This document shows positions 23,972-47,578 of a stretch of DNA of 64,000 nucleotides, piece after piece (within the stretch, counting starts at the first letter, position 1; each line of letters opens with the position of its first letter). Position numbers and translations under genes: made by a program. Under the pieces are notes generated by a model. The model saw nothing but the letters and a program-made list of their open reading frames with translations. It searched no databases and was not told the origin of the DNA. This stretch comes from the human T2T-CHM13v2.0 reference genome, Homo sapiens: the NCBI RefSeq assembly GCF_009914755.1, contig NC_060930.1; one strand, 5' to 3'.

Positions 23972-24108
23972 TAACTGTTCTCAGTTCTAAGTGGGGATAA
24001 TATAAGTCCCTTGTCGGACTGCTGGGGGGACTACATAACACTGCACAGAGTGCCTGATAGTGCCTAAATCACAATAGATGCTCGGATGACTTAGTTTCCC
24101 TTCATTAA

Positions 24109-24741
<633 letters not shown>

Positions 24742-24866
24742 TAGCACCTTTAGGTATGTAAATGTCTGCATGACTAGATAAGATGTTTAATTTATGAGTA
24801 TTAATTGAGTATTTACTATATGTAAAGAGTAGAATAAGCCTTCTTTGCTTTGTGGATCAAGAGTTA

Positions 24867-25208
<342 letters not shown>

Positions 25209-26235
25209 TTAATTAAGGGTAAACTGTGAAAAGCAGCAAAACCAGGGCACAAATGTAGGACTACAGCTATTGAGAGAAATGAGAGATCAACTTTAACTGA
25301 AAGAGATTCTAAAAGGCCTTCCTCTGTCACCCAGACTGGAGTGCAGTGGTGGATCATGATGGTTCACTGTAGCCTCTACCTCCTGTGCACAAGCAATCCT
25401 CCCATCTCAGCCCCCAAGTACCTGGGACTACAGGGACCTGCCACCACACCCAGCTAATTTAAATTTTTTTTTTTTGTAGAGACACATTCTCACTATATTG
25501 CTCAAGATGGTTTTAAACTCCTGGCCTCAAATGATCCTCCTGCCCCTCGCCTCCCAAAGTGCTGGGATTACAGGCGTGTGTCACCTCGGCCAGTTGATGT
25601 CTTGTAAATGCTGATAAATAGATATGGGCTTGGGAGTAGCAAGGAAATTGTAGGGAAAGAAAACTGTTTGAGCAAAGGCACAAAGGGGGCCAAAGTGTGC
25701 AGAGTGTCCAGGGAATGAAAACAGATCAGTATGAAACAGCTTGCTGTTTCTTGGCTCACTGCAACCTGTGCCTCCCAAGTTCAAGAGATTCTCCTGCCTC
25801 AGCCTCCTGAGTGGCTGGGATTACAGGCGTGCCACCATGCCCAGCTAATTTTGTATTTTTAGTAGAGATGGGGTTTCTCCATGTTGGTCAGGCTGGTCTC
25901 GAACTCCTGACCTCAGGTGATCTGCCCACCTCGGCCTCCAAAAGTGCTGGGATTACAGGTGTGAGCCACTGCGCATGGCCAATTTTTGTATTTTTTTAAT
26001 AGAGATGTGTTTTCACAATTTTTGTTAGGTTGATATCAAACTCCTGAGCTCAAGTGATCCACCCACCTCGGCCTCCCAAAGTGCTGGGATTACAGGCGTG
26101 AGCCACCACTCCCAGCCTAGGCTAAGAAATTTGTACTTTTTGGCCGGGCGCGGTGGCTCATGCCTGTAATCCCAGAACTTTGGGAAGCTGAGGCGGGCGG
26201 ATCACGAGGTCGGGAGATCGAGACCATCCTGGCTA

Positions 26236-26466
<231 letters not shown>

Positions 26467-26504
26467 TCAATTTGTATTATAAATTATTTTCAAAGTACAG
26501 AAAA

Positions 26505-26720
26505 CTTGAACCATGGCCCTAGGCTAAATTTGACCCTGTGTTCTCATAAATAAAGTTTTGTTGGGGAATAACCACATCCATTCATGTGAGCATTATCCAT
26601 GACTCCTTTTGTGCTATAAAGGCAGAGTTGCAGAGTTGCAGAGTTGCCTGAGAGGCTGTATGGCCACAAAGTGTTAAATATTCACAGTTTGGCCTTTACA
26701 GAAAAAGTCTGCTGACTCAA
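26505..26720. mobile_element. MER58A-like hAT-Charlie element
   Basis: aaataaagttttgttgg..ggcagagttg..tggcctttacagaaaaagtctgctgac. Confidence 0.7.
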
Positions 26721-26859
26721 GTACTAGTGCTATGAATGACCATAGATTCTCTACCTAGATTCAACAATCGCAACAATTGTTAGTATTTTGCCATTTTTGT
26801 TCTATCTATATGTGTGTCTGTGTGTGTGTTTTCTGATCCATTTGAAAGTAAACCGCCGA

Positions 26860-27040
26860 TAGTGATATGCTAGTAAATTAGTTCTCTTGGGGGACAAAAG
26901 CCTGCATTTGCAGATTTTTGTGGTATAAATACTCCCATTATGGCTGATTTCAAACTGCCAAGGGTGGTGGGGTCACACAATTCTTGAAGATTTAATAATA
27001 GCCTGTGAGTCGTTAGGACTTGGTTTGGGCACATCATTGG
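26860..27040. mobile_element. MER63-like hAT element
   Basis: gtggtataaatactcccattatggctgatttcaaactgcc resembles MER63 consensus. Confidence 0.5.
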
Positions 27041-27276
27041 CTGCAGGATGCTTCACCCTTGTTTTGACATGCATCTCTGAAGAACATTGTCCTACATAAT
27101 CACAATACTATTGTCACAGCTAGGAAAGCTAACTAGAAAAACTAATTAGAGAATTCCCGGCCGGGCGCAGTGGCTCACGCCTGTAATCCCAGCACTTGGG
27201 AGGCCATGGGGGATGGATCACTTGAGGCCAGGAGTGAGACCAGCCTGGCCAACATGGTGTAACCCCATCTCTACTA

Positions 27277-27869
<593 letters not shown>

Positions 27870-28625
27870 TGAATTATCTAACATTTAGTCCAGGTGTAAA
27901 TTTCTCCAATTGGTTCCAGAATGGCTTTTATTTAACCATATTTTTAAACTATGATAAATCCAGTTCATAAATCACATTTGTTTGTTATGACACTTTAATC
28001 TTTTTTCTGCTATGACATTGTCATTTTGAAAGACCAGCCTGCACTCCAGAATGTTTTACATTCTACATTCCCCTGACTGTTTCATTTAGTTTGTTCCTCT
28101 ATGAGCTTTATTCAGCCAGGCTAAACTAAATATCTGATGATAGCTAACAGGGTATTTAATACTATGATAAAAGGGTAATTCAGATTAGGGCAAAAGAGCA
28201 ACCAGGAGGACATCACAGTCCTAGAGGATTTAATTTCTCATACCTGATGACTATTTTACTTTAGTCAATACTCAACTCCAGACTTGGGCTCACAGGGCTT
28301 TGCATACCAAGGAGGAACCTGATAGCTTTCATGTGTAAAATGCCCACCAGTAATGACTTATCAGTAATATAATCCTTCATGAAAGGTATTATTCCTCACT
28401 GACATCTGTAAACACTCCTGCTAGCTAAACATAAACTACTGACTCCAAGGAAATCCTTTAGTTATGATAAACCATAAATGAAACTCATTTTTACTGCAAA
28501 CTAGAATGGGCAATAGGTCTATCTTGAAAAGAATGATCTTGTTCTTTTTTTTTTTTTCTTTTTTGAGACGGAGTCTTGCTCTGTCACCCAGGCTGGAGTG
28601 CAGTGGCATGGTTTCGGCTCACTGA

Positions 28626-28865
<240 letters not shown>

Positions 28866-28889
28866 TAAACGTGACAACAGATACATTAA

Positions 28890-29042
28890 GCTGGGGTTCC
28901 TAAACTTGCCTGGCCGTAAGACTCATGTGGGGAACTTTAAAATGCAGATGCCTAGGCCTCTAGCCCTGGAGATAGAGTCTATCAGGACTGAAAAAAAGGG
29001 TTCTTAGGTCATTCCAGTGATTAGCCAGATTTGGGAGTACCT
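28890..29042. mobile_element. MER5-like element
   Basis: ggttcctaaactt..aaaatgcagatgcctaggcc..gccagatttgggag. Confidence 0.55.
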
Positions 29043-29327
29043 ACTCATTGGGGCATGTATTTTGAGTCACTGTATTTTAAGACAGTTGTTTTGGGTTTAT
29101 ACTTAAAAAAAATTTTTTTTTTAATTATACTTTAAGTTCTAGGGTACCTGTGCACAACGTGCAGGTTTGTTACATATGTATACATGTGCCATGTTGGTGT
29201 GCTGCATCCACTAACTCGTCATTTACATTAGGTATAATTCCTAATGCTATCCCTCCCCACTTCCCCCACCCCACGACAGGCCCTGGTGTGTGATGTTCCC
29301 CTTCCTGTGTCCAGGTGTTCTCATTGT

Positions 29328-33461
<4,134 letters not shown>

Positions 33462-33524
33462 TATGATGTTAGCTGGTTATTTTGCTCGTTACTGGATGCA
33501 GTTTCTTCCTAGCCTCGATGGTCT

Positions 33525-34542
33525 TTACAATTTGACATGTTTTTGCAGTGGCTGGTACCGGTTGTTCCTTTCCATGTTTAGTGCTTCCTTCAGGAGCTCT
33601 TTTAGGGCAGGCCTGGTGGTGACAAAATCTCTCAGCATTTGCTTGTCTGTAAAGGATTTTATTTCTCCTTCACTTATGAAGCTTAGTTTGGCTGGATATG
33701 AAATTCTGGGTTGAAAATTCTTTTCTTTAAGAATGTTGAATATTGCCCCCCACTCTCTCCTGGCTTGTAGGGTTTCTGCCGAGAGATCCGCTGTTAGTCT
33801 GATGGGCTTCCCTTTGTGGGTAACCCGACCTTTCTCTCTGGCTGCCCTTAACATTTTTTCCTTCATTTCAACTTTGGTGAATCTGACAATTATGCGTCTT
33901 GGAGTTGCTCTTCTCGAGGAGTATCTTTGTGGCGTTCTCTGTATTTCCTGAATTTGAATGCTGGCCTGCCTCGCTAGGTTGGGGAAGTTCTCCTGGATAA
34001 TATCCTGCAGAGTGTTTTCCAACTTGGTTCCATTTTCCCTGTCACTTTCAGGTACACCAATCAGACGTAGATTTGGTCTTTTCACATAGTCCCATATTTC
34101 TCGGAGGCTTTGTTTGTTTATTTTTCCTCTTTTTTCTCTAAACTTCTCTTCTCGCTTCATTTCATTCATTTGATCTTCAATCACTTGATACCCTTTCTTC
34201 CACTTGATCGAGTCGGCTACTGAAGCTTGTGCATTCGTCACGTAGTTCTTGTGCCATGGTTTTCAGCTCCATCAGGTCATTTAAGGACTTCTCTACACTG
34301 GTTATTCTAGTTAGCCATTCGTCTAATCTTTTTTCAAGGTTTTTAGCTTCTTTGTGATGCGTTCAAGCTTCCTCCTTTAGCTCGGAGAAGTCTGATCATC
34401 TGAAGCCTTCTTCTCTCAACTCGTCAAAGTCATTCTCCATCCAGCGTTGTTCCATTGCTGACGAGGAGATGCATTCCTTTGGAGGGGGAGAGGCGCTCTG
34501 ATTTTTAGAATTTTCAGCTTTTCTGCTCTGTTTTTTCCCCAT
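33525..34542 (-). pseudogene. L1 ORF1p, frameshifted
   Basis: ATGGGGAAAAAACAGAGCAGA start at 34542; the C-terminal frame includes WDYVKRPNLRLIGVPE, ARREW and YPAKLS. The frame is broken near 34190. Confidence 0.9.
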
Positions 34543-35116
34543 CTTTGTGGTTTTATCTACATTTGGTCTTTGATGATGGTGATGTACAGGTGGGGTTTTG
34601 GTGTGGATGTCCTTTCTGTTTGTTAGTTTTCCTTCTAACAGTCAGGACCCTCAGCTGCAGGTCTGTTGGAGTTTGCTGGAGGTCCACTCCAGACCCTGTT
34701 TGCCTGGGTATCAGCAGCAGAGGTTGCAGAACAGCGAATATTGGTGAACAGCAAATGTTGCTGCCTGGTTGTTCCTCTGGAAGCCTTGTCTCAGAGGGGT
34801 ACCCGGCCGTGTGAGGTGTCAGTCTGCCCCTACTGGGGGATGCCTCCCAGTTAGGCTACTTGGGGGTCAGGGACCCACTTGAGGAGGCAGTCTGTCCATT
34901 CTCAGATCTCCAACTCTGTGCTGGGAGAACCACTACTCTCTTCAAAGCTGTCAGACAGGGACATTTAAGTCTCCAGAGGTTTCTGCTGCCTTTTGTTTGG
35001 CTATGCCCTGCCGCCAGAGGTGGAGTCTACAGAGGCAGGCAGGTCTCCTTGAGCAGCGGTGGGCTTCACCCAGTTGGAGCTTCCCGCTGCTTTGTTTACC
35101 TACTCAAGCCTCAGCA

Positions 35117-35299
35117 ATGGTGGGCGCCCCTCCACCAGCCTTGTTGCTGCCTTGCAGTTCAATCTCAGACTGCTGTGCTAGCAATGAGCGAGGTTCCAAG
35201 GGCGTGGGATCCTCTGAGCCAGGCACGGGATATAATCTCCTAGTGTGCCGTTTGCTAAGACCACTGGAAAAGTGCAGGATTAGGGTGGGAGTGACCTGA
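35117..35299 (+). CDS. L1 ORF0 homologue (60 aa, prematurely stopped) in the antisense 5'UTR
   Basis: gcaATGg start; MVGAPPPALLLPCSSISDCCASN...IRVGVT* resembles ORF0 (MAGAPPPASLPPCSLISDCCASN...IRVGVTRF). The stop is likely a CGA>TGA change. Confidence 0.75.
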   Translation: MVGAPPPALLLPCSSISDCCASNERGSKGVGSSEPGTGYNLLVCRLLRPLEKCRIRVGVT

Positions 35300-35515
35300 T
35301 TTTCCAGTTGCCATCTGTCACAGCTTCGCTTGGCTCGGAAAGGGAATTCCCTGACCCCTTGCACTTCCTGGGTGAGGCAATGCCGCACCCTGCTTCAGCT
35401 CACGCTCGGTGCACTGCACCCACTGTCTGACAAGCCCCAGTGAGATGAACCCGGTACCTCAGTTGGAAATGCAGAAATCACCCGTCTTCTGCATTGCTCA
35501 CGCTGGGAGCTGTAG

Positions 35516-35947
<432 letters not shown>

Positions 35948-37327
35948 TAGGCATTTGGTATATGCTGGAAATACAGAGAGGAACACAGTTGCTGCCTCCC
36001 AGGACCACCTGTTAGAGAGGTAGTCACAGGCCTGTAGAACAGAGAGGGTTAAGTAGAACAGTGAAGGAATGGACCCATGACCTTGGTTCTTTTTTGTTCT
36101 TTTTTTAAATACGCCTTTATTTTGGAGACAGGTCTCACTCTGTCACCTAGGCTGAAGTGCAGTAGCAAGATCATAGTTCACTGTAGCCTCAACCTCTTGG
36201 GCTTGAGCCATCCTCTCACTTTAGCCTCCTGAGTAGCTGGCACTACAGGCACGTGCCACCATGCCTGGCTAATTTTTGTATTTTTTGTAGAGATGGGTTT
36301 TGCCATGTTGCCCAGAGGCTGATCTTAAACTCCTGGGATCAAATGATCCTCCTGCCTCAGCCTCCCAAAGTGCTAGGTAACAGGTGTGAACCATCACAAC
36401 CGTCCATGATCTTGGTTCTAATAGCCATAGATAAAAGACCACAATTTTTTTCAAGTTCTTTTTTTTTCTTTTTGAGACAGCGTCTCACTCCATCACCTAG
36501 GCTGGAGTGCAGTGGTATGATCAAAGCTCACCACAGCCTCAAATTCCAGCCTCAAGCAATCTTCCCACCTTAGCCTTCCGAGTAGCTAGGGCTATAGGCA
36601 TGCATCACCATGCCTGGCTAATTTATTTATTTTTATTCTGTGGACATGAGCATGGCGGGTGGTCTCATCATGTTGCCCAGGCTGGTCTTGAATTCCTGGC
36701 CTTAAGTGATCTTTCCATCTCGGCCTCCCAAGGAGCTGGGATTACAGGCGTGAGGCACTGCACTCAGCCTAAAAAAGGCATTTCCATTCCTGCCTTCATC
36801 TACATTTTGAATGGGCAAAGTCCAAGCTGATGCATAGAAAGAACTTTCCAAATCTTCAAGCCCTTATGGCTTGAAGATCGCTGTAGTCATAAACAGCACA
36901 ATAAATACGAAAGGTGAATTAACAGTCAGTGTTTAATTTCTCTGATATAGCACTTTAGGGCACTAATATAATTAAATCTCTAATTAAGTCAACTAAATAA
37001 TTGTATAAGTGCAGTATCACCTGAAATAAATTAAGTCCAAATCCCCTGCTAGGGGATCCAATTAAAGATATTAACAAAGAGAGAAGAGGATACAAAGTAC
37101 TTAAAATTAAGTGCATTATTATTTAACATTTATTAAACACCTTTTGAATGATACATGTTGCTCTTACATAAAAGACCCTCTTGAGAAAATCACTGTATGT
37201 CTCTGAAAACTATGTAGTTCAAAAGTTCTAAAAGTTCTTTTAAAATATTAAAGAGAAGGCCCCGGCATGGGTTCTGAGTAGTCTTAGGAGAAGTGGAGGC
37301 AGCAGCCACTTCTGCCCAAGGAAACTA

Positions 37328-37471
<144 letters not shown>

Positions 37472-37806
37472 TCAAGGCAACAAGAGTGAAACTCCGTCTC
37501 AAAATACATAAATAAATAATAATTTTAAAAAAGAGGACAAAGGAGCATTCTGAAACACAGACCAGTGAATTTATGGAGAATTTATGGCAAAACTTCAAAA
37601 AGGGTTGTTAAACAGATGGTTTGTGGGCTCTAGAAAAAAAGGCAATGGTGGTGGCAGCCCCAGGATAAGTGGGTCACAATAAGCAAGTCATAATAAAACA
37701 CACACACACACATTCTTTTTTTTTTTCTTCTTCTTTTTTTTTTAAAATGTGGCCACTTGGCTGGTAGCTTCAGAAATAGGATAGAGTGGCTGGGCACGGC
37801 AGCTCA

Positions 37807-38117
<311 letters not shown>

Positions 38118-38195
38118 TCATGAATAAGGCAGAGAAACAGGGTACAGGTCACAGTATGGTAAGATAGATTTGAACATGTAAAATAATTATTCCTA

Positions 38196-38576
<381 letters not shown>

Positions 38577-38839
38577 CTACCAGAACTTAATGCTTGGTTT
38601 CTTCTTCTTATCACGTTTCTATGCATTACTTGAATGAAGATGAAGAAGAAATGCATATTAAATTTTAATTTTCAGATGTCACACAGCCAAGAGAGATAGG
38701 TAACACATGGATAGTATCAAAATTTTAACGGTATTGACATGTTGAACAAAAGACTGATAGTAGCCAGTAAAATCTAACAGGGATAATTATATAGTTGTAT
38801 ATTTAGGTTTCAAAAATTAATTGTAAAAGTATAAGCTGC

Positions 38840-39400
38840 AATTTGGCAGTGACTCATGAAAAATGTTGAGAATCTTTAATAACCACAGTCTTGGTATCAG
38901 CCAAGGCTGTGATGTAGGTACAAAAAAATGCAAATGCAAACTTTGGCAGCATCAGCAGGTGTACATGTCCAAAACACAGGCAGGAATGGTCTCACAGCAC
39001 ACGGACGGTCAACTAATGTTTAGAAAACTATTTTCAGTCCTGGGGGCCATGAGTCAAGAGGGGCACTGGCATGATAGATTGGGTCCAGTATTAGGATGAA
39101 GAAGGATTTGGAAACATGTCACCTAGGGAATGTTTAACCTGGAGGAAGGGAGGATATAAAAGCCATCTTCAAATATCTGAAGTAATTAAATGGAAGAAGG
39201 AACAGTCCTGTTCTATGTGCTTCAGGGGACAGAACAAACAGCAACAAGGTAAAGTTTCTCGGAAGAAGATTCCACTTATAAATAAGAAAAGAACCTTCAA
39301 ATGACTAGAGTTGTCTAACAACAGAATGATTATTTTTGACAAGCTGTGGGTTCCCTATTATTGGAAGCCTTCAGTGACTGGATGACCACATGTAGGAGAA
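38840..39400 (+). mobile_element. L3/CR1 LINE relic
   Basis: gccaaggctgtgatg..aaatgcaaactttggcagcatc..ttcagtcctgggg..gggaatgtttaacctggag..gccatcttcaaatatctgaag. Confidence 0.6.
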
Positions 39401-39940
39401 AATATGACTGAAACTCTTCGCCAGTGTGAAAGATAGGACGACGCTGCCTCTAAAGGTCTACCCAAGCCCAAGATTCTAGCTGATAGTGCTTAACTGAAAG
39501 GTCTTGACAGCTTCTGAGTGGCAAGACTTGGTACAAAAGGAAAAGCTACAGTTTTCTAATACAATAAACTGTGAAATGCATTGCAAACAACATAAAAGCA
39601 TTCCTTTTTACTCAGAGTTAGAAATTATTTGCAAGAGTCTATAGGAAAAAAAATTCACCGATCTTAATTAAACATCTTAATCTGACAAAACTAGAAAGAG
39701 ACAAAGAGAATTTTAAATAGATTTCTCAATCATATGAGATTCACATGCAAAAATACAGTAAGAATAGTAGTGTTTCCCAATATTAGAAAAGCAATAATAA
39801 TAACAGCAATGACAATAAAGACAATCTCATATATAGTACTTACTGTGTGCCCAGCACTGTTCTAAGATCTCTCTCTTGGCCAGGTGTGGTGGTTCACGCC
39901 AGGAATCCCAGCACTTTGGGAGGCCAAGGTGGGTGGATCA

Positions 39941-40221
<281 letters not shown>

Positions 40222-41005
40222 CTACCCTCACAACAGCCCTACGAGGTAGATGCTACTATTATTTTCATTTTACAAAGGAACAAATTTAGTTAAGAGCAAG
40301 TTGTCCAAAGTAACACAGATGATAAGTGCTGGAGTCAAGATGAGTTCTTGTTCTTAACCAATATGCTATAGTCCCTTTCTTTCACTCTTAAACAAACCAG
40401 AAAGCATTACAATTTCATTTGAGAACATAACACATACCTATATCGCTAATGTCCTTTGCATGCCTATGTACAAGGACAGATTTTTTAAAAGATACATATC
40501 ACAGATTAGAAAAAAAATACCTCCAGTCAAATAGCTTATGATAAAGCCATATTTATAGAGATTGCAGAAAATTGAAGCCATTATTTAATTATGTACCTCT
40601 ACTGCAACACATATATATTTTCCACCAACCTAAAAATGCCATATGGTTGTAGAACAAATGTCAGTAGAAATTGGAGGTAGAAATTTTCCACATTTTCTGC
40701 TAAGAAAAAGGTCATGCATATCTCAATTGATTAAGTATATTCTTCTGGTCATACTTTTTTGTTGTTGTTGTTAAACCTAAAGGCACTGAGCAAGACAGGT
40801 ATTATCTCATCCGCCACTGAGTCACAAAACAAAACTAGTATATTTTTACTTAAATCCTTAACTAACCAAAACTTATTTTTATTAAAATTATCAACCAAAG
40901 GCACTGACTGCAGTAGTGGTATTTGTGGTTTCATGCAGTGACAATACCAAATATTGCCCCAGGTTATTTTCACTGCTTTTATTTATTTATTTATTTATTT
41001 ATTGA

Positions 41006-41265
<260 letters not shown>

Positions 41266-41357
41266 TGAGCCCCCGCGCCCGGCCAAAACATGTCTATTTT
41301 TGAAAAATGAATTCCCAAATCATATTGACTATTTAAAATGTATTCTATTCCCCCTTA

Positions 41358-41396
41358 ACACACACACACACATACACACACACACACACACACACA
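41358..41396 (+). repeat. (CA)n microsatellite, interrupted
   Basis: Read directly. Confidence 0.95.
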
Positions 41397-42011
41397 AATA
41401 TAAAAGCATGTTTAGTATAGTTTTTCTTGCCCTGTCCTCCACGTTTATCAATTTTACTGTTTTCTAATTTAAAACTGTATGGCTATTATGCTTAGTCTGG
41501 ATGGTATGCAGCCTCCTGTTGGGAGTGAGACTTCAGAACTTATTTCAAGGCTCAACCTCTCTGCTAAGTACGTTTGTGAGTTCACGCTGTGGCCTGCCAT
41601 CCACAAAGAGCTGAACACAACGCAACAGCTCATTTCGTACAAATTATCATAACTGAACAGATATAACCATACTACTGTATATGTATAAATACTCCTAAAC
41701 CATATGGTAGGGATACATTTATATGATATAAAATATATCTACATCATATAAACATGTTTATATGGTTTAGAGGTATTTATATATAGTTTAAATAATTTTA
41801 CTGGTACACTTAAAATTGACCTAATTGTTGACAGAATGGCAGAGAAGAACTGAGACAAAGTAGTGCTTGCTATGTCAAGGAGTGAAGGTCAATTTGGATG
41901 ACAGAGTGAGACCCTGTCTCAAAAAAAAACCAAAAAAACCTGCATTTCAGGGTATGAGCAGACATGCCTGCTCTCAAAATGTAATTAAATGAGACAAAAT
42001 GGACGAAGTAA

Positions 42012-42389
<378 letters not shown>

Positions 42390-43632
42390 TAAACTTGCAT
42401 CAACATTTGATAGGTTTGGCATTTGAGGTTAGTAATATAGAATTATATTACATTTAGGATTAATTTCACAGGAAAAGCAATCACTGCCTCTTGGTTGTCA
42501 TGTCTTCCAAAGGAATATTTGGTGATTTATAAATAATCATGGATTTATCCATATTCTGATTCAAAGTTAATTTTTAATTTTAGTATCATATTCCAAAGAG
42601 AAACTTAATTCTACACATTGAAATTCAAAAGCAAAACTGGGACTGTAAAGCTTTTTAGCAAACTCTGTAATAGAAATTCAACAAGCAAAACATGTCATAG
42701 GCTGTAGACTGCAGCAATGAGCCACTCTTGCCTGTAGCTTTTTTAGGAGTGAATCAATAAATAGTAAGCTCTGTAATCTCATGACAAATACTAAGCTGGT
42801 TATTTAATTAAAAAGAATACTGTGGGATGAGAGCATTCACATCATGTAGGAATCAAATAGTCCTGGGGGTATTTGAGGAATATATAAACTATGTTAAGAG
42901 TGAGTTTCGGTTTCTGTTATTTTACTTGAATCCCTATCTTACTTATACATTTCTTATATCCTTCTCATGTTCCAATTTTCATGTGCTTTAGTATTTGGAT
43001 GCTGATACCTAGGGACCACTTGCCCCAAACTACCACTATCATCATCCATGTGATCCTAGATTCCTAGCATCCTAAAATACATCCTGATATAAGATGAGTT
43101 TAAAACACATTTATAATTTCACAAGAAAGCACCTCAAACGACAGAGAAATTCTATCTACATTTATTAATGAAATAAATGTAGGCTTCAGCCACGTCTTCT
43201 AGGTAGGTTGCATCAGTGTGGGGGCCAATGTATGAGGTGAAGAATGTATATTTACTCTGTGCCATGTAAGTGTAATCATATCTGCAAGATTAACAGCTCT
43301 TCCAAATGTAGGAGGTCTCTACGCTATGGTGTTATGGAAGGTGTATTTGTTAACTTAGATTGTGCCTCTTTCAAGAGAATGATGATCAGAGTTTGTTTTA
43401 AATGGTTATTATCTATAAAACTTTCTTTTCAAAAGTGAAGCATGCTTATCAGCTTAAAGTCACAATAATTATTACACTGGTTCAGCAAACATAAATCCTA
43501 GCACAGTCATTTATTAGACAATCACATTTCTGAGACCAGAATTATGTTAGATTATAGACTAATACACACCGTTTTCTGGATGCTTGCAAGATCAGAGCCT
43601 GAATACAACAACAACTTTTTGTAGTATGTCTA

Positions 43633-43791
<159 letters not shown>

Positions 43792-44101
43792 TTAAAAAAA
43801 ACAAATAACAAAAGAGAATACACATTGTGAAGTCAGCAGACCTGAGTAGAATCTTGACCCTGTGAGATAATTGTGTGGACACTGTTAGGTTATTTGAGCT
43901 CTTCTCTATAAAAAGAGGGGATTCACAGAATTCGATAGAACCATTTGATTAAGGTGTTTAGTGTGTGTCTTAAACAGTGTACGCTGCAAAGCACGCATAC
44001 AATGGCATGCATCTTAAAGAAAGTACAGCACATAGAAAGGTCTACCCATTTTTCTGACAGCTGCACACAAATCTTAGGAATCAATTAAAGATACAGGTTA
44101 G

Positions 44102-44341
<240 letters not shown>

Positions 44342-45456
44342 TGAATAGCTGGGATTATAGGTGCCCGCCATTACGCCTAGCTAATTATTGTATTTTTAGT
44401 AGAGACGGGGTTTCACCATGTTGGTCAGGCTGGTCTCAAACTCCTGGCCTCGTGATTCGCCCGCCTCGGCCTTCTTACAGGAGTGAGCCACAGCATCCGG
44501 CCTTAGCTAAGATCTTTCATCAAGCCAGAATGTCAAGGACTCGGGGGAAAAGGACAGAATCTACTCACCTACAATCTTTAGTAACATTTCACACTTCACT
44601 GAGCTATGCTGCAGGTCCCATGATCTCTACTGTTACCTAAGTAATTCTGTTTGAAAACTGAGGGACATAGCCACCTTGTTATTTCAGGAAAGATGGTTAA
44701 GTACATTATCAGGGATCAATACTCTGATGTGGTAAGTGGGGAGGCTGAGTAGTGCTTGGAGACACTGCATAGGAAATATGGAGGAATGGCTTCAGATGTA
44801 CCAACTGAATCAACTACAGCTTTCTGATGGCTCAAACAGCTTCAAATCACAAAAATTCTTAATTCAACACAAAATCCGACAGCAGGATTAGTGTATGACT
44901 GTGGAAATATGAATCTAGGTAACGATATCTTCTAACTTACTAAAACTACGTTCAGTATCTATACAGAGGTGCCTCTCTTTTCACTCAAAAACCATAATTT
45001 TGGGAAACCCATGCCTCTCCACTATATTTTATGACAAGGAAAGAGATAGTGTTCCCTTCAGATCCACTTTAAAACAGTTTTAATGGACTAAACAGGCTTT
45101 TCTATAGGGACAGAGGGCTCTATCTTCGACATAAAGACATACAGGCTCTCCCGGTGCACAGGTGGCTTCTGACACCACAAACTGGGAGCAATAATTGAAT
45201 CCAGCTATCCCACAGTGCAGAGCATCCACCCGCAGAGCCAGCCTGAAGGGCATTTCTAGTTAGCTTTCCAGATAAGACTCAAAAGATTACCCCAATTGAA
45301 TCTCTCTGCCTCAACCCAGGGGGTGAGAGGCATTGAGGATGTAATCATTTGATTAAAAATATACTTGGGGGGATATAAGAGGAACAAAGGTGGAATTAAA
45401 TATTCCTTATGAATTAGAAGAACAGAGGTTAGGCAAAAACGCGCAGTATCTTGGGT

Positions 45457-45600
45457 CATCATTCATTCATTCATTCGACAGTCAGTCAACAAATATTTAT
45501 TGGGTACCTATCCTGCACCAGGTGCTGTAGTAGGCTTTCACGGTGCAATGGTGAGCAAACTCAAGACACCATTCCATGCTTACCGTCAAGAACTGGTCTT
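45457..45600 (-). mobile_element. L2 3' end
   Basis: (cattc)n..caacaaatatttattgggtaccta. Confidence 0.65.
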
Positions 45601-45743
45601 CATCAACGATCTAAGCCTGACTTAGCTTCCTGATAAATATTAGATATTATGTAGATATGTAATTTTTAGGGGTCAGTAATACAAAATGGTAAATTGAAGA
45701 GTGGGAGAGACTGCCCCACTAAATATTGTTATGAGCTAAATAA

Positions 45744-46094
<351 letters not shown>

Positions 46095-46274
46095 TAAACC
46101 AAGCATCAATAAACTAGGAATATAGAATCTGAAGAAAAATAAAAGAGATTTATAACTGCCTATATTAAATTAGTATCAGTAGTACTTGGGGCCGGGCGCA
46201 GTGGCTCATGCCTGTAATCCCAGCATTTTGGGAGGCTGAGGCGGGTAATCACCTCCCAAAGGAGTTCAAGATCA

Positions 46275-46604
<330 letters not shown>

Positions 46605-46631
46605 TCACCTGAGGTCAGGAGTTTGAGATCA

Positions 46632-46873
<242 letters not shown>

Positions 46874-47242
46874 TTATATGATGTCATAAAGATGCTTATC
46901 ATTAAAATCATTTAATAATTTTATTCATGATCCACAAAGGAATAGAGATTATGATAATTAAATCTGCTGATGCCACTGAGGTGTGTGGGATTGCTAACAC
47001 CTCAGAGAACAAGAATCTAATTTTAAAATAACATTAAGAAATTAGAGGAACAGATAATCAAAGCAAGATGATAGTCACTGGGGACAAATACAAAATAACA
47101 TACTGAAAGAGTTAAGGAGAAAAAAGACTAGCTTGATGATAGGAATGAATAATGTCGAGAGGGCAAATGTTTTGCAAAAGACCAAGGCTAATAATAAGGC
47201 ACAACTCTGGTTTAAGATACTAACTATTGCATGTGTGTATAA

Positions 47243-47578
<336 letters not shown>

